From: Tubulanus polymorphus
Lineage: Eukaryota; Animalia; Nemertea
Direction: 5' to 3'
Assembly (NCBI RefSeq): GCF_964204645.1
Contig: NC_134034.1
Span: 5,492,914-5,556,913 of the forward strand
Length of the DNA stretch: 64,000 nt
The notes below the pieces were generated by a model. The model saw nothing but the letters and a program-made list of their open reading frames with translations, did not search any database and had not been told where the DNA came from. The position numbers and the translations under genes were made by a program. Positions 37,601 to 49,600 of this stretch are shown piece after piece; positions within the stretch are counted from its first letter, which is position 1; each line of letters starts with the position of its first letter.

Positions 37601-40600
37601 CTTTTCCTAATTCCTCGCATAATCTATTGCTACAATGATTGATTGTTATTATATTTTCATACTGTATCGTATTGTATAATTACATATCTTTATGTCAATC
37701 GATTATGCAAAATAAACTTAACTTAACTTGAATATGAAATATTGATCTATGGTACGGGTATGTTTTTTTCTTCAACAACTGAGATGGGTTTTTCAATCAG
37801 TCTATTTTCAAGTTATCGGTAGCCATCTTAGTATCATTAGTCTTGGATCGTTGAAAAAAGTTTTCTGAAGGAAACATCAACAGGTTTTAACTGAGGGTGT
37901 TGATATTTAACTATTGTTACCACAGAATTGGTAGGCCTAGTCAGGGGCGGATACAGGGGGGTCACATCTGCGCCACGGGCGACCCCGAAAATTTGTCTAG
38001 TGCCCTTATCAAAAAATGTATTGCCAAAAAATACCATCCTGTTACAGCACTCAACTACAAGCAGTCAGATTTCTCTGTTTCATCAATAATACAGCCTCTC
38101 TGTTAACCGGCAGATTGTGTATACTTGACCACCGGCACTTCCAGTCGGGTTCTATAGTCTGAATTTTCTTTAGGCAGGGGTACATTTATTACCTGAAATT
38201 CATTTTAAAATCCTTTTGAGGGCAGAAATAATTTCCGAAAATTAAAAATTGCTAAAAAATCCATTGAAGGGCTCGTTCATGATGCCAAAAATTACACATT
38301 ACTTCAAAAGCATTGGTATCAACATTCTCAAATTCATGGCGAAGTAAATGAAATGAAAAAAGGTTCTGTTAACTTCCACATACATTTTACTCTCACATGC
38401 ATTCGAATGATCTACATAGCAGGGTTATGTAATGTTCTCTTCAGACAGCTTCGGAGCGTCTAAATTGTATCTCAATGGGGAAAGGGGGATCTGGGCACCC
38501 TATTTTGCCAAGATGATATTTTTAAAACATGGCTAAGGTAAGACACACAAACAGTGGCAAATTATCGCTGCTAATTTTGTTTAAGAATCACTCAAGATGC
38601 TGTAGAAATCTTTTCAGCTTTTCCCACCGACTCCCGTAAGAAGCATCGCATCTATGGCATTCGGTTTTCATGTACCATAGTTCATACAACGCCTGGGAAG
38701 TTTTGGGCCCTCCTATTCTAGATTTCTTGCTTCGTTTACATAGTGCCCATTTGAAGAAGTGATGCCCCCTAAATTTGGGTCTGGATCTGCCCCTGCTAGT
38801 TCTTTCTGGCCTGCAGTGCGGAAAAATTGATATCCCTACCTGCTTAAGTCATTTTTTCTCAAGATTCTTTTAGGACCTATGTCATTTTTTGGACTAAAAA
38901 GGTATATATTGTTTCAGGAAAATCTAGTATTTCAACAGTATGAAAAGGATTTCATTCAACACTTCATGCAGAACTTTCCATACAGCATACAGGAAGCGCC
39001 TGAAACTCTTCATAAGGATAAAGGAAAACCTATTCCTCAAAATCAGGTGAGCTGTGTTCAATAAATCACGATTCTTTGCACATATGATGGTTCAAAAGGG
39101 TAATCCTAAGATATAGCTATATATAGAAATAAAAAAATGTCAGGGATTGTTAAATGTCGGGGATTCGAACCTGATATGACTAGTCACTGTATTCCTATCC
39201 TTATTGGTTGTGTTTAGCTGGTTTCATACTATATAAAGTCAGAGCAAGGGAGTTATGAAAACATGAAAGAATTGCTTATGTTTCATACTTTTTTTTCATG
39301 CTGTGTGTGCTTGATTTAAGAATATCTACCTTGCAAACCTTATTTCTGATTTTGATGTTCTCTTTGAATTTTGTTCCATGCTGTTCCATGTTTTTGTTCA
39401 TGCCGAAGCTGTTCAAATATTAACCTAAAGCTATCTTGTATTTTTCTATTCAAGATTTTGATGTTGAAGTTGAATTTGTACATATGCAAGATTATGTCAC
39501 ACGCTATGTGTCAAACACCAGGGCGGAAAATTTGGATAAAAAATGTCAGTGACTATGTTACTAAGGTTTCACGTAAGAAACTAATCGGCGATGATCTGAA
39601 TGTTATGCTGAGTATTGTACAGCGATTAATTAATGTACAAGGTAAGTTTTTATCAGATCATCAGTTTGGTGAATTGAACACTACCACAGCACATTCTTTG
39701 CATGATGGGCTTCTCATTGCTGACCTCTTTCTGGAATGGAAAAATGCATGGATTACACAAATACGTACCAGGTCTTGAGACAAGACCTATATTAACATTT
39801 TCTGTAGCATTCTACCAGGATTTATAGGTACATCCGTGTTGACCGCAGTGATATCATGAATAAATATTGATTTGCTTGAGTGGAAAAAAATTATTTTCCA
39901 CTCATGGTGTTCATGATTTTCCATAATACTCATCAATAGGACTACACTGTAGACTCTAAATTTTCATCAATTTGAGTTAGACAAAAGAAATTATCAATTT
40001 TATTCTGTGGGAACAGTTCATTAGCCTAATGATTTGTGTTTGATTCATACAAACGATTATTCAACTAGAAAGGAATCAAGTTACAAGGAGTCTGCCTTGA
40101 ATAAATTTTTACATTTGATAAGTGAGCAGAGCAGTGTGGGTGAGTGTTTGGAGCGTTCAACTCGGGAAACCAGGTCGTGGGTACTTCACTGTAGTGTCCC
40201 CGGGCAAGACACTTCCTCTCAAAACCCAGCAGTGAATCGGTATCTGGTCTGAAAGATGACTCCTGAGCACCTAGCAGCTTAGATGTTACTTCTCACCAGG
40301 GAGAGATGACTGATAAATGGTTAGAATTATAGGCTGGGGGTAATAATACTAATTCAATGGAAAGCACCTTTTGAACATAATATCACATTCAAATCACCCA
40401 TTTCAAATCACCCATACTATGATTTTTTTCTTTTCTGGTAGAGTTTGCCGAAAATGGAATAATAGCAGTATGGAACATTTTCTCTAAATCTCATCCGTTA
40501 TCTACAGAGAGAGCGCAATTGCTGGCATTTCTGAGAAAATATGTGCTTCCACATAATGAGCTTATATCGTAAGTAAATGACTCCCGCAGATTTCCAATCA

Positions 40601-43600
40601 ATGGTTGCAATCACGTGAGCATTTTTACCAGTTCATACTGGTGCCAACTGGGTCTATGCCTGATTGACACGGACCAAATTTGGCTTGACCAAAAACATCT
40701 GGCAAAGCCTGTGCCAAATTTTAGCATGGGTCAAATTATTGCATGTGAATGCTATCTGAATCTAGCGGTGATTCACTTCGCCACGCAATGTTTTGATAAC
40801 ATTTCAGTATTGAGTGATTGATGCGGGAACACGCCCTCATTGGACCGGGCCAAAAATTTTCTTGTTATTCTGTCACTTAAACCAGGAAAGTTCTCACTTG
40901 TACAGGTCTTTGTCGTATTTTCGCTAAGCGACTGCCATTATGGCTACTTAAAAAAAAATTGACAACATTGTGCAGAAGCAAAGACAACATAATCTAATTA
41001 ACATCAAATATAACTTGTTTATGATTGAGAGATTAAGTAGTTTTAGCTCGTTTAAAATCATATGAAAGCGAATACAGAAGTCATGACCACCACTTTCTAC
41101 AGGTGTGAAGCTCCAACCATTCTTGTCGCGGTTAACTGAATGATTGCATATGTTTGTTTATGAATCAACTGACTAAAACCAGCGCATCGTTTTGGGTAAA
41201 CTGGGCAAATAATTCGACCAATAAAATGGCAGAGTATTCAGACACAGAGAACAGTTTTCCTCCGCCATCCTATCTAAATCATTGTATTTCCTACGGACAA
41301 ACCAGTTTCATTGGGCACTAAGGACCGAGTTGACCAAAATCAAATCGGATTGTTCTAGACAGATCCACCAGATCTAGACCAGACCTAGAAGATAGCAGCA
41401 TCCAGAGTGGATCACATAATGTAAAGCTCACCACCTATTGCCTCAATTTTGTATGGTTTGTAGCCAAAATCGCATCCCATGTCTATACTATTTGACAATA
41501 ATACGTAATCACTGCGATCAACTTCTCCCTGAAAATATCAAACATGTTTGATTAGTGCAATTATGGTATTTGATGGATCACATAAGGAAAGCAAACACAC
41601 TATGATATCCCAGACAACGACGAATAAGTTTGCATAGTGTGTGAATAAGTTTGCATAGTGCGTCAACACGCTTTATGAGAAGCTATGTGAGCTATAGGCC
41701 TAATCTGCTTGTATGTTTTATTTCAGTTTCCCTTTAACCCAGAAGTGGTTACTTGAATTACCTCATGGATTACTTGACACTTTAATGCTTGGAAATGATG
41801 GACTGATTCTTGAAATGTATTTGGCGTGTATTCAGAGCGCACTTACACAGAAAATTCCAAACATATCTGAAAAACTACTTGCAATTCTACCAAAGGTTTT
41901 TTGTCAAGGTATGAATTTCTATGAATGAACGCTTGTATGCATTTAATACTGATATTTTTTTTCATTTTTCGCCCTAACCATTTGTGTTCTGTATACCCAT
42001 GATCACATCAGACTTGCAGTTCCTTAGAAAACCAGTAGCTACGAATATCCTGGCATGTTTTTTCAGCTGCTCAATTGAGATTTGGTTTGGATATTGTGGA
42101 GCTTTTATAATATCATGGCCCCTGTTTCACATCCTGCAGAGTAGCGACTTCTCCTTATTTCTCCTGTGTTCCGGATTTTTTAATTGTCAATTTGGCAGTT
42201 TGAATTGTCCACATATTGAGGTAATTCATTTCAGCGCCATTATCAAAAACATGTCAATGAACACATGCTTTTGTTGTTAGGGCATTCATTCCTTGTCGCG
42301 TATTAGTAACATCAGCTTCTGAAAATAGACTACCTTCGTAGTTACTGAGCTGCTGACCAAGTTTTCCTTACACCGCTAAGATACTACTGCTGACCAGACC
42401 AATGTATGTATGTACTTAAGTGTGAAATTTAGCAGCCCGCATTAAAAGCAAAGTGATTTATCACAAATTTCAGTGTTACTGTCAGCTATTTAATAGCCTC
42501 AGATGCTTTGATAGGGCTTCAAATCTAAACAATTTCTTCGGTGATGACCCCCTAACCCTTGCAGTGGGTTCGCACTAACTTCATTGTTACAAAAGGATTT
42601 TCCATATTTTATGTTGTCTGGTGTCCGTCGTCCGTAGACACAATCAATGTTATATTATATGCATAAGTTTAGTTTCATCTGCAGTATATGGCAAGTCTGA
42701 ATCTTCCCTCGGCATGGATTAGCCCCAGTGCGCTGCTACTTGTGCAGCTTAGATGTTTTCATTATTAGCCAATCAGAAATCCTGGTTTATATAAGTCCAG
42801 GTATTTCCATTTATAGTTTATCTGTATAATTTGTTTCAGTGATAGGCAAACTGATTGGCACACTAAGTAGACAAACCTACGAATGTGCACTTGGTCCTTG
42901 CCAGGCATGTTACTTCGGGTTTTGAATCTCTTCCCAGAGGGTGCCTGTTTCAATGATCGCTGCTCATCGTATTTTGAAATTTCTTTCTGATTTCTCGGAT
43001 TGAGCTGGCTTACTGGGGTTGTAAATACCATTTTACTGGGGATGTAAATACCTAAAATGGAAACATAAAAACTTCATTCCATCTTTTTCAGAAGCATTAT
43101 TTCATCATCTACCTGAAAAGCATCAGCGCAGAATCGTAGAGTTGATTGGACTCATTAACTATATTGACACACTGACTATTCATTGTTTACTAAACTTTTG
43201 CAAGAAACCGGCAACAAGCACCAGCATCGTGTCATACCTTGTTCAGTTACTCAACTTCAGGTAATTGAATGCTTTTCCATTTTTATGTAGGTGATTAATT
43301 ATTGTTAAATCAGTAGAAAGTCTTTGCGCAAAGCTAAATGAAAAGGAAAATATCATGGCTTCGAATTACATAAAATTTTCTAGCCCACTTGGGACTTAAG
43401 TCCCAGCGACTATTGCGTTCACTTTGCTTCAATTGTCCGTCCGTAGATGGAATCAAGTTATTTTGGCAAGTTTTAAAGACTCTTCAATGCAATGTCTTTA
43501 AATTTGGGTTACACATGTATCTACCCTAAACACATCTTCAGCCCAAAAACTGGCCCTGTCAGATTCAAGGTGGCTGACTGGCAGCCATTGTTGTTTGCCA

Positions 43601-46600
43601 AAATGAGCACTTTTTACACATTTTTGAAGTTTTTGAAGGAAATTTTGAAGACGCTTTGATTAGTTATCTTGATCTTACATATGTATTTGTATCCCCCAAG
43701 GGCCCATCAGCATAATAAATATTGGGTCAATCGGACTCAAGATGGCCGTCTTATGACCTTTTTTGTGGCCAAAAATGTCAATTTTGAACTCCGAGTCCTG
43801 TAGCTTCCTACTGGTTTGCCATTTCTCATTGCAATTTGTGATGGGTATTCTTTGGAAAGGGATCTTTATACCTCCTGAGACAGGTATTATGACACAAATG
43901 GCGGCCTTATTGGTGTCATTAGTACTCATTCGTAGGTGGGAAAAAGTTTTTCCACATTATATTGATACCTAAGCATATTTTGTTTCCATAATCAATTGGA
44001 AAGTTGATGTAAAGATGTAAAGTTTGATGCGATGTGGATCATCGGCATTTGGCATGTTTTGTTTTAATGATATTGCAGCAAAGAAATTTTCTGATAGCAC
44101 AGGCCTTGTTTAACGGTAATTAATATTGACATTAGAATAATGTGATCGCTTGATATATTTAAATTGGTCAAATTGAAACCATTGCCCTTTATTTCAGATG
44201 TTTGAATGATGGGGATTACTTTTGTTCCGTCGCTGACTACTTGAGTTTTGTTATGTCACTAGGTAAGTGAGTTGAGATATGTGTATTTATCACAGCCAAG
44301 TACGCTCAATCTGATCAGTTTAATTCAGATTTATATCAATGGTCTGGCTGATCGATAATCATTCCTATGCTCAAAGCTATTTTAGCACACTCAAACGCAA
44401 TTTCCGTAGCCTCTTATTTTACTACTAATAGGCAAATTGAGCGGATTAATGAAAAACATATTTCATAATTTGTTTTTCTTTATGGTGCGCAAAGTTGAAA
44501 GTCGTGAGTTTCATATTTTTTGAGAAATTTACCAAAAAGGGTCAAAAATTATTTGAGCACGTTTTTTTATGCAGTTTCTTTCAAAGACGAAACCCCTCAA
44601 AATCTAGGTTATATATATTTTGTGTTTACCCGGTTTGACCTAAGCGTGAAGGAAAATGGCGGCACAATTGAATAGATTTTTGATAGATTCTTTTCTTGTT
44701 CAATTTTCAAAGAAGAATTTTTGCATACCGATAGGCCTAGAGCATGACAGACTTTAGCTTCACACAGTTTGGTGAGTAATGCGGAGATTGTTAAGATTTA
44801 ATTTCTACTAAAATAAGAAGATTTCTATTATTCTCAATAATTTCAATAGTACTTCTGATCAGGTTTACTGTACAATTGATAACACACTGAGTCAGCAGAA
44901 TTAATTGATATACATGTAGATGGCAAATGAATTTAATTGTGGATCGAAAAGGGAATAATACCCATGAACCCTTTTACTGCTTCCTTAAGTTTTTTTACCT
45001 TCTTAAGTCTTAAGCATACATGTATATGATATTCTCTGTTGATTCTGGTATTTTGGAATTTTTAAGTCCCAGCGTGCTGTTGCGTTCACTATTCATCCAT
45101 CTAACCGGTCATCTGTTCGTCCATTCATAGATGGGATCCAGTTATTTTGTTAAGTTTTGAAGAGGCGCTTCGAGGGATTGTCTTGATATTGGGTTAATAC
45201 ATGTATTTAACCTAAACACACCTGCAGCCCACAAACTGGCCTGGTCAGGTTCAGGATGGCTGACTGGCGGCAAATAATGTTTGGTTAAATCAGCGGTTAA
45301 ATATTTTTTAAGTTGCCATTGGAAATTTTTGAGGGACGCTTTGATTCAGATCCTGATGTTTTGTATGAAGATGGCCGTAGAAACAGTGGGCAAACAAACA
45401 AAATTTTTAAATGGGTTTTGCAAAAGCAGCGAAATCGATCAGTGCAATAGCACTAGTGGAATGTAGAATTAACACGTCTATTGACAAGTTGACGGTCGGC
45501 TTTTCCTCCACATCAAAGCGCCGGTACCATGTGAGCTGTGAGATAGATGCTAAGCTAACACAAATGATCCATCACGACCCACTGCAGTCCAGCATCCACG
45601 AACAGTGAATAACTACATACACGAAACATGCGAAACACACAGTTTTCAGGGCTGCAAACCCACTTTCCTGACACTTGAACATTCTTACATAGCCTGCTGT
45701 TAACTCATAAGATACGACAATGTAAATAACTACATTCGGTGGAGAGAATCCCACAATAATAACAGAAGAACAAAGTCCGAAAATGTAATTGAAAAGTTAA
45801 GTTCATGAAACAAAGTCATTCATTCATACATTAATTTGAGATTCGGGGAATGACCTTTGATATCAAGAAGGCTTTTTGACATCTAGATTTGATCTAAGTC
45901 AGGAGATTAATTTAGAATGGTATTGGTTTTTAGGACGACGGTACGTAGTACACGTCCTATTGTTATCGTGAAATCCGTCACGTCAAACGATTACGTCCGT
46001 TTAACGCCACGTACGCGTCTGAAACTTTCACAGTCGCTTAAATATGAAAAAAGGAAGGTTCAGTTCGTATATGGTGAATTTTTGTTACTTGGTTAATTGA
46101 ATATTGCCGAAATAAATAAATTGAAATTCTGTAGCGCCACCCATGTCTAGAAGTAAAACTGTATTAGTCTGTGCTTAAAATAGTGCCACGCATACATTTT
46201 TGAAATAGCACTTTACATAGGCCTATTCCATGATTTAGTTGTTTATTTCCGTGTATAGATATCGGGAGATTTATTTTGTCGTTTATTGCCCGAAATTTCC
46301 GTATTTTCTTGGTGTGTGTGTCAGCGGATTAATTGAATGTTTACGCATTGGTGATATGGACTCGGCGAGTACACGTGCTACATCGATTTAACATTAGCTG
46401 CTGTTGAATCGATACTCGTACGTCGAGCAACGCTGATAACTATCTTACTATTACTAGTAAAATAATTAATCGTCATTAATTCTTTTGGACTTTCGCGTCA
46501 GCGATCCGTTTTTAGAGCCCAATTATGTGTATCTAGTTTGCGGCACAGTGATTAGAGCGCGCGTCGATAACATTAGTTACAGTCCCGTAGGCAATATCGC

Positions 46601-49600
46601 CTTATATACTGCGGCGATCACCGTGTATGTCCCAGTAATAGATAATGCGCGTTACGGAGCGGGTCGCGCGTAGGCTACAATCCGCATGCTCGTTATATCA
46701 AAAAGGTCTTGAATTAGCAGAAGAAATATTATTCACGATAACTTTTACTAGAAAAAATTCCTTTTGTGAAATCATTAAAACCTTTAAGTCGGTAACTTAA
46801 TTTCGTCAGTAACTAGTTTTAATTTCGACTGTAGCCATATTAGTTTCACGTTCGGATATTTTCACAAATAGCCCATCCGATTATATAAGCTTTAACCACC
46901 AACGATTAGGTAACTTCTTGTCAGTAACCGGCCTACACCCTCATCGTAGTTGTTTTGTATCATTCTCCTTGATCTATCGAAAATTTTTCAAGTCAAAGAT
47001 TCCCATAATCAATCTTTAAGATATCATGTAAGAATTCTTATGAGACTGCTGGTAAAAATTCATTCTGTTCCACTTGGTCGATCGTTTGACTAGCTCCAGG
47101 GCCTAAGGGTACAGTTAGCAGTTGCCTTTGGTTCAGTCTGTGAACAGCTTCAAATAACTGTGTTAACAGATGGATGTGAAGCTTGTACCCCATGGACTGC
47201 ATGGTCATTGGCCTATGTCATGGGTTCTTGGCGATTGTGCCGAGAGCAGACTGTATCTGATGGTCGTGGTAAGTATAACTTTGATTAAACATGCACCGAT
47301 GGCTAAAATGGTACCTTCGTTTCTCAACCCCTCTAATTGTATGTAAGGCAATATCAATCCATACCGAAAACGATTTCGTTGATCGAGCTTACAATATTTC
47401 GAGCCTCGGGACCTTTTTCCCTCTAGTTTTCAAACTTGCAGGGATGCTAACTGCTCCGTTTGGCCTTAAATCTCTGTAATACCTTAAACTTGCATTATAT
47501 GTTCAACTCTTTGTCTAACAGTGGAACTTCGTTTGGACCTGACTTGCAAATGAGTTTGAAAGGCACTACAGTGTGTAAGCCTTAGCAACCAACCTATTCA
47601 CCCTGAGTTCCACTTTTAATTTCTATTCTCTGTCGTCGTCCTATTAAAAAGTTTCTTTCTAGTTTTAAAATATTTTTTCAGTCATTTCTATCCATCCATC
47701 TGATGATCCTGATGCAAGCATGTCTAACGGTAATTTCGCGAAGTTTAGAATAAGAGGCGCTGACCTCTGGAATCGTAAACAGCTAATACTGGGTGAAGTG
47801 TTGAATTCTTTACAACAATGGCAGAAATGTCTGGATATGAGAGAAATTATCCCAGCATTCATAGCAAAAACAAATGTAAGTTTTCCCAGTGTGCGTCAAT
47901 ATTTGAATGGCAACTTAGTGGAGCAAAATCTTATCAGTAATTGAAATTTGACATATGATCCTATGTGGTTCGAATAATCTCCGGACCCAAATGCACCATA
48001 CCTTTCGTGATAATGTTATCTTCCCCAAAAATGTTTGACAGATCAACAATGTAAATTAACAGTTGATCAATTTTGGTCCACTTTTGATTAAGTTCAAACG
48101 GGCTATTGCATTCATGTGAATGACATATTTTTTTCAGATTAGGGAGTGTTCGCTGTCTTTTTCGTCTGCATTTTCCATTATCAAGCTAGTAACGGCATTA
48201 TTTCGGGAGAATGACGGAAATAAAACCGTGAAGACATTAAGAGCTGTCCCCATAGAAACCATGAATTATCTTCTCATTTCTCTTGCCACAAGTCTCGTCA
48301 CTGAAGAGTTTGATGCCAAGAATCCTCCACTAGAAGCATCATTGATACAAGATATCTGGAATGTCATAGAGGCTGCTTTATCAGCTTCTTTTGATCTACG
48401 ACAAGAATTCATCAGCACTGTGACATCAGTTAATGGTACTTAATTTTGCTTGATATATTCTAATTTCAATTTCAAGTTTTTAATCAAAGTTCATTTCTAC
48501 ATGGATTGTAATTGATGAGCCAATCTATCTGAATCCAGTAATTCTAATTATCACTACTTAATTGCGTGAAACGATTGAGATTTGAGCTTTTCATTCGCTG
48601 CTTGTCGCATTATACTGATTTGAATTAATAGAAAACAATTTACGGCCATGAGTAGCAGCCGATTATAGAGAAAAGCAGTGAAATTGGGAAAGAGGGCAGT
48701 AATAATATGCCTATGGGAATCAGTTTTTGGCCACTTATTCATTAGTTCAAGTCAATAAATTAAAAAACCAATTGGGTGTATATTTTAATGTCACCTACAT
48801 GAAAAATGATATGGTATGTGTGTAACACAGACCTAGCAATTAATATTTATTACAGCGATTTTGAGTTGAGACTTCTGTAGAATTTTTGAGGCACTGTTCT
48901 TACTGAGAAGAATAGTTTTCTTCCTTCTATTTTCCTTGAGGTTATACAGAAGAAATTCGTGGTTACTATGATGCAGTTAACCCTTCGGTGTCTGAGCAAT
49001 GACCGGTAAAACTGCTAATCAGCCTGAACATTTCTATTGTTTTTAGGCCTGTTTCTATAGAACTAGAGCAAATGACATGGTTTCGAGATGAAAGGCTTTT
49101 TCACTATGCAACTGAGCATATATTTATACAATCATGCATTCAAGCATTATCCATTCTCAAGTTCCTGTAAAGCCTAATTTTAAAAAGGGCCTCGTTAAAA
49201 TTTACAGTTGTTTTTGCGAAAATCTGAACGCAAAAATATAAGTTAAAAAAAAAAACCAATCAGAGAGCTAAACTATGGAACGCGATTCATGCAATAAACA
49301 TGACCATTGTTACGATGTAGTCTAATTGCGGCACCGTAGTATATTTTCGACGTGTCTATTTATCATCGCGTCTATTTTTCTGCGACCTGGGTAGTTGGTA
49401 TTTACGTGAAGGTTCCATAGTTAATCGTTAGGTGGCGCCACGGTATCATATATTCAATAAAGTTAGAATCGATTGATGCTTGGTTATTGGAACAAGACCT
49501 AACCCCGAAAAGAAGAAGAAACAAAATATACTGACTACCATAGTATCCTCTCTAACTTGGTGTACATGAGTACTGTAAAAGTAAACCTTGAGCATAACGT

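Larger units (their letters stand above)
27056..37730 (+). mobile_element. Near full-length, decayed L2/CR1-group LINE, interrupted by DIRS
   Basis: ORF1 (27296-28492) has an RRM-like region, two CCHC knuckles and an SGNH-like GIHLNELG motif. ORF2 has an APE endonuclease (NVRS, LSETW, GGGVGL, MGDYNID, PTRVT..IDN) and RT (IDLSKAFD, GVPQGSILG, FADD). The 3' end has a stem-loop, AATAAA and a (CTTAA)n tail. Multiple stops and frameshifts. Confidence 0.9.
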
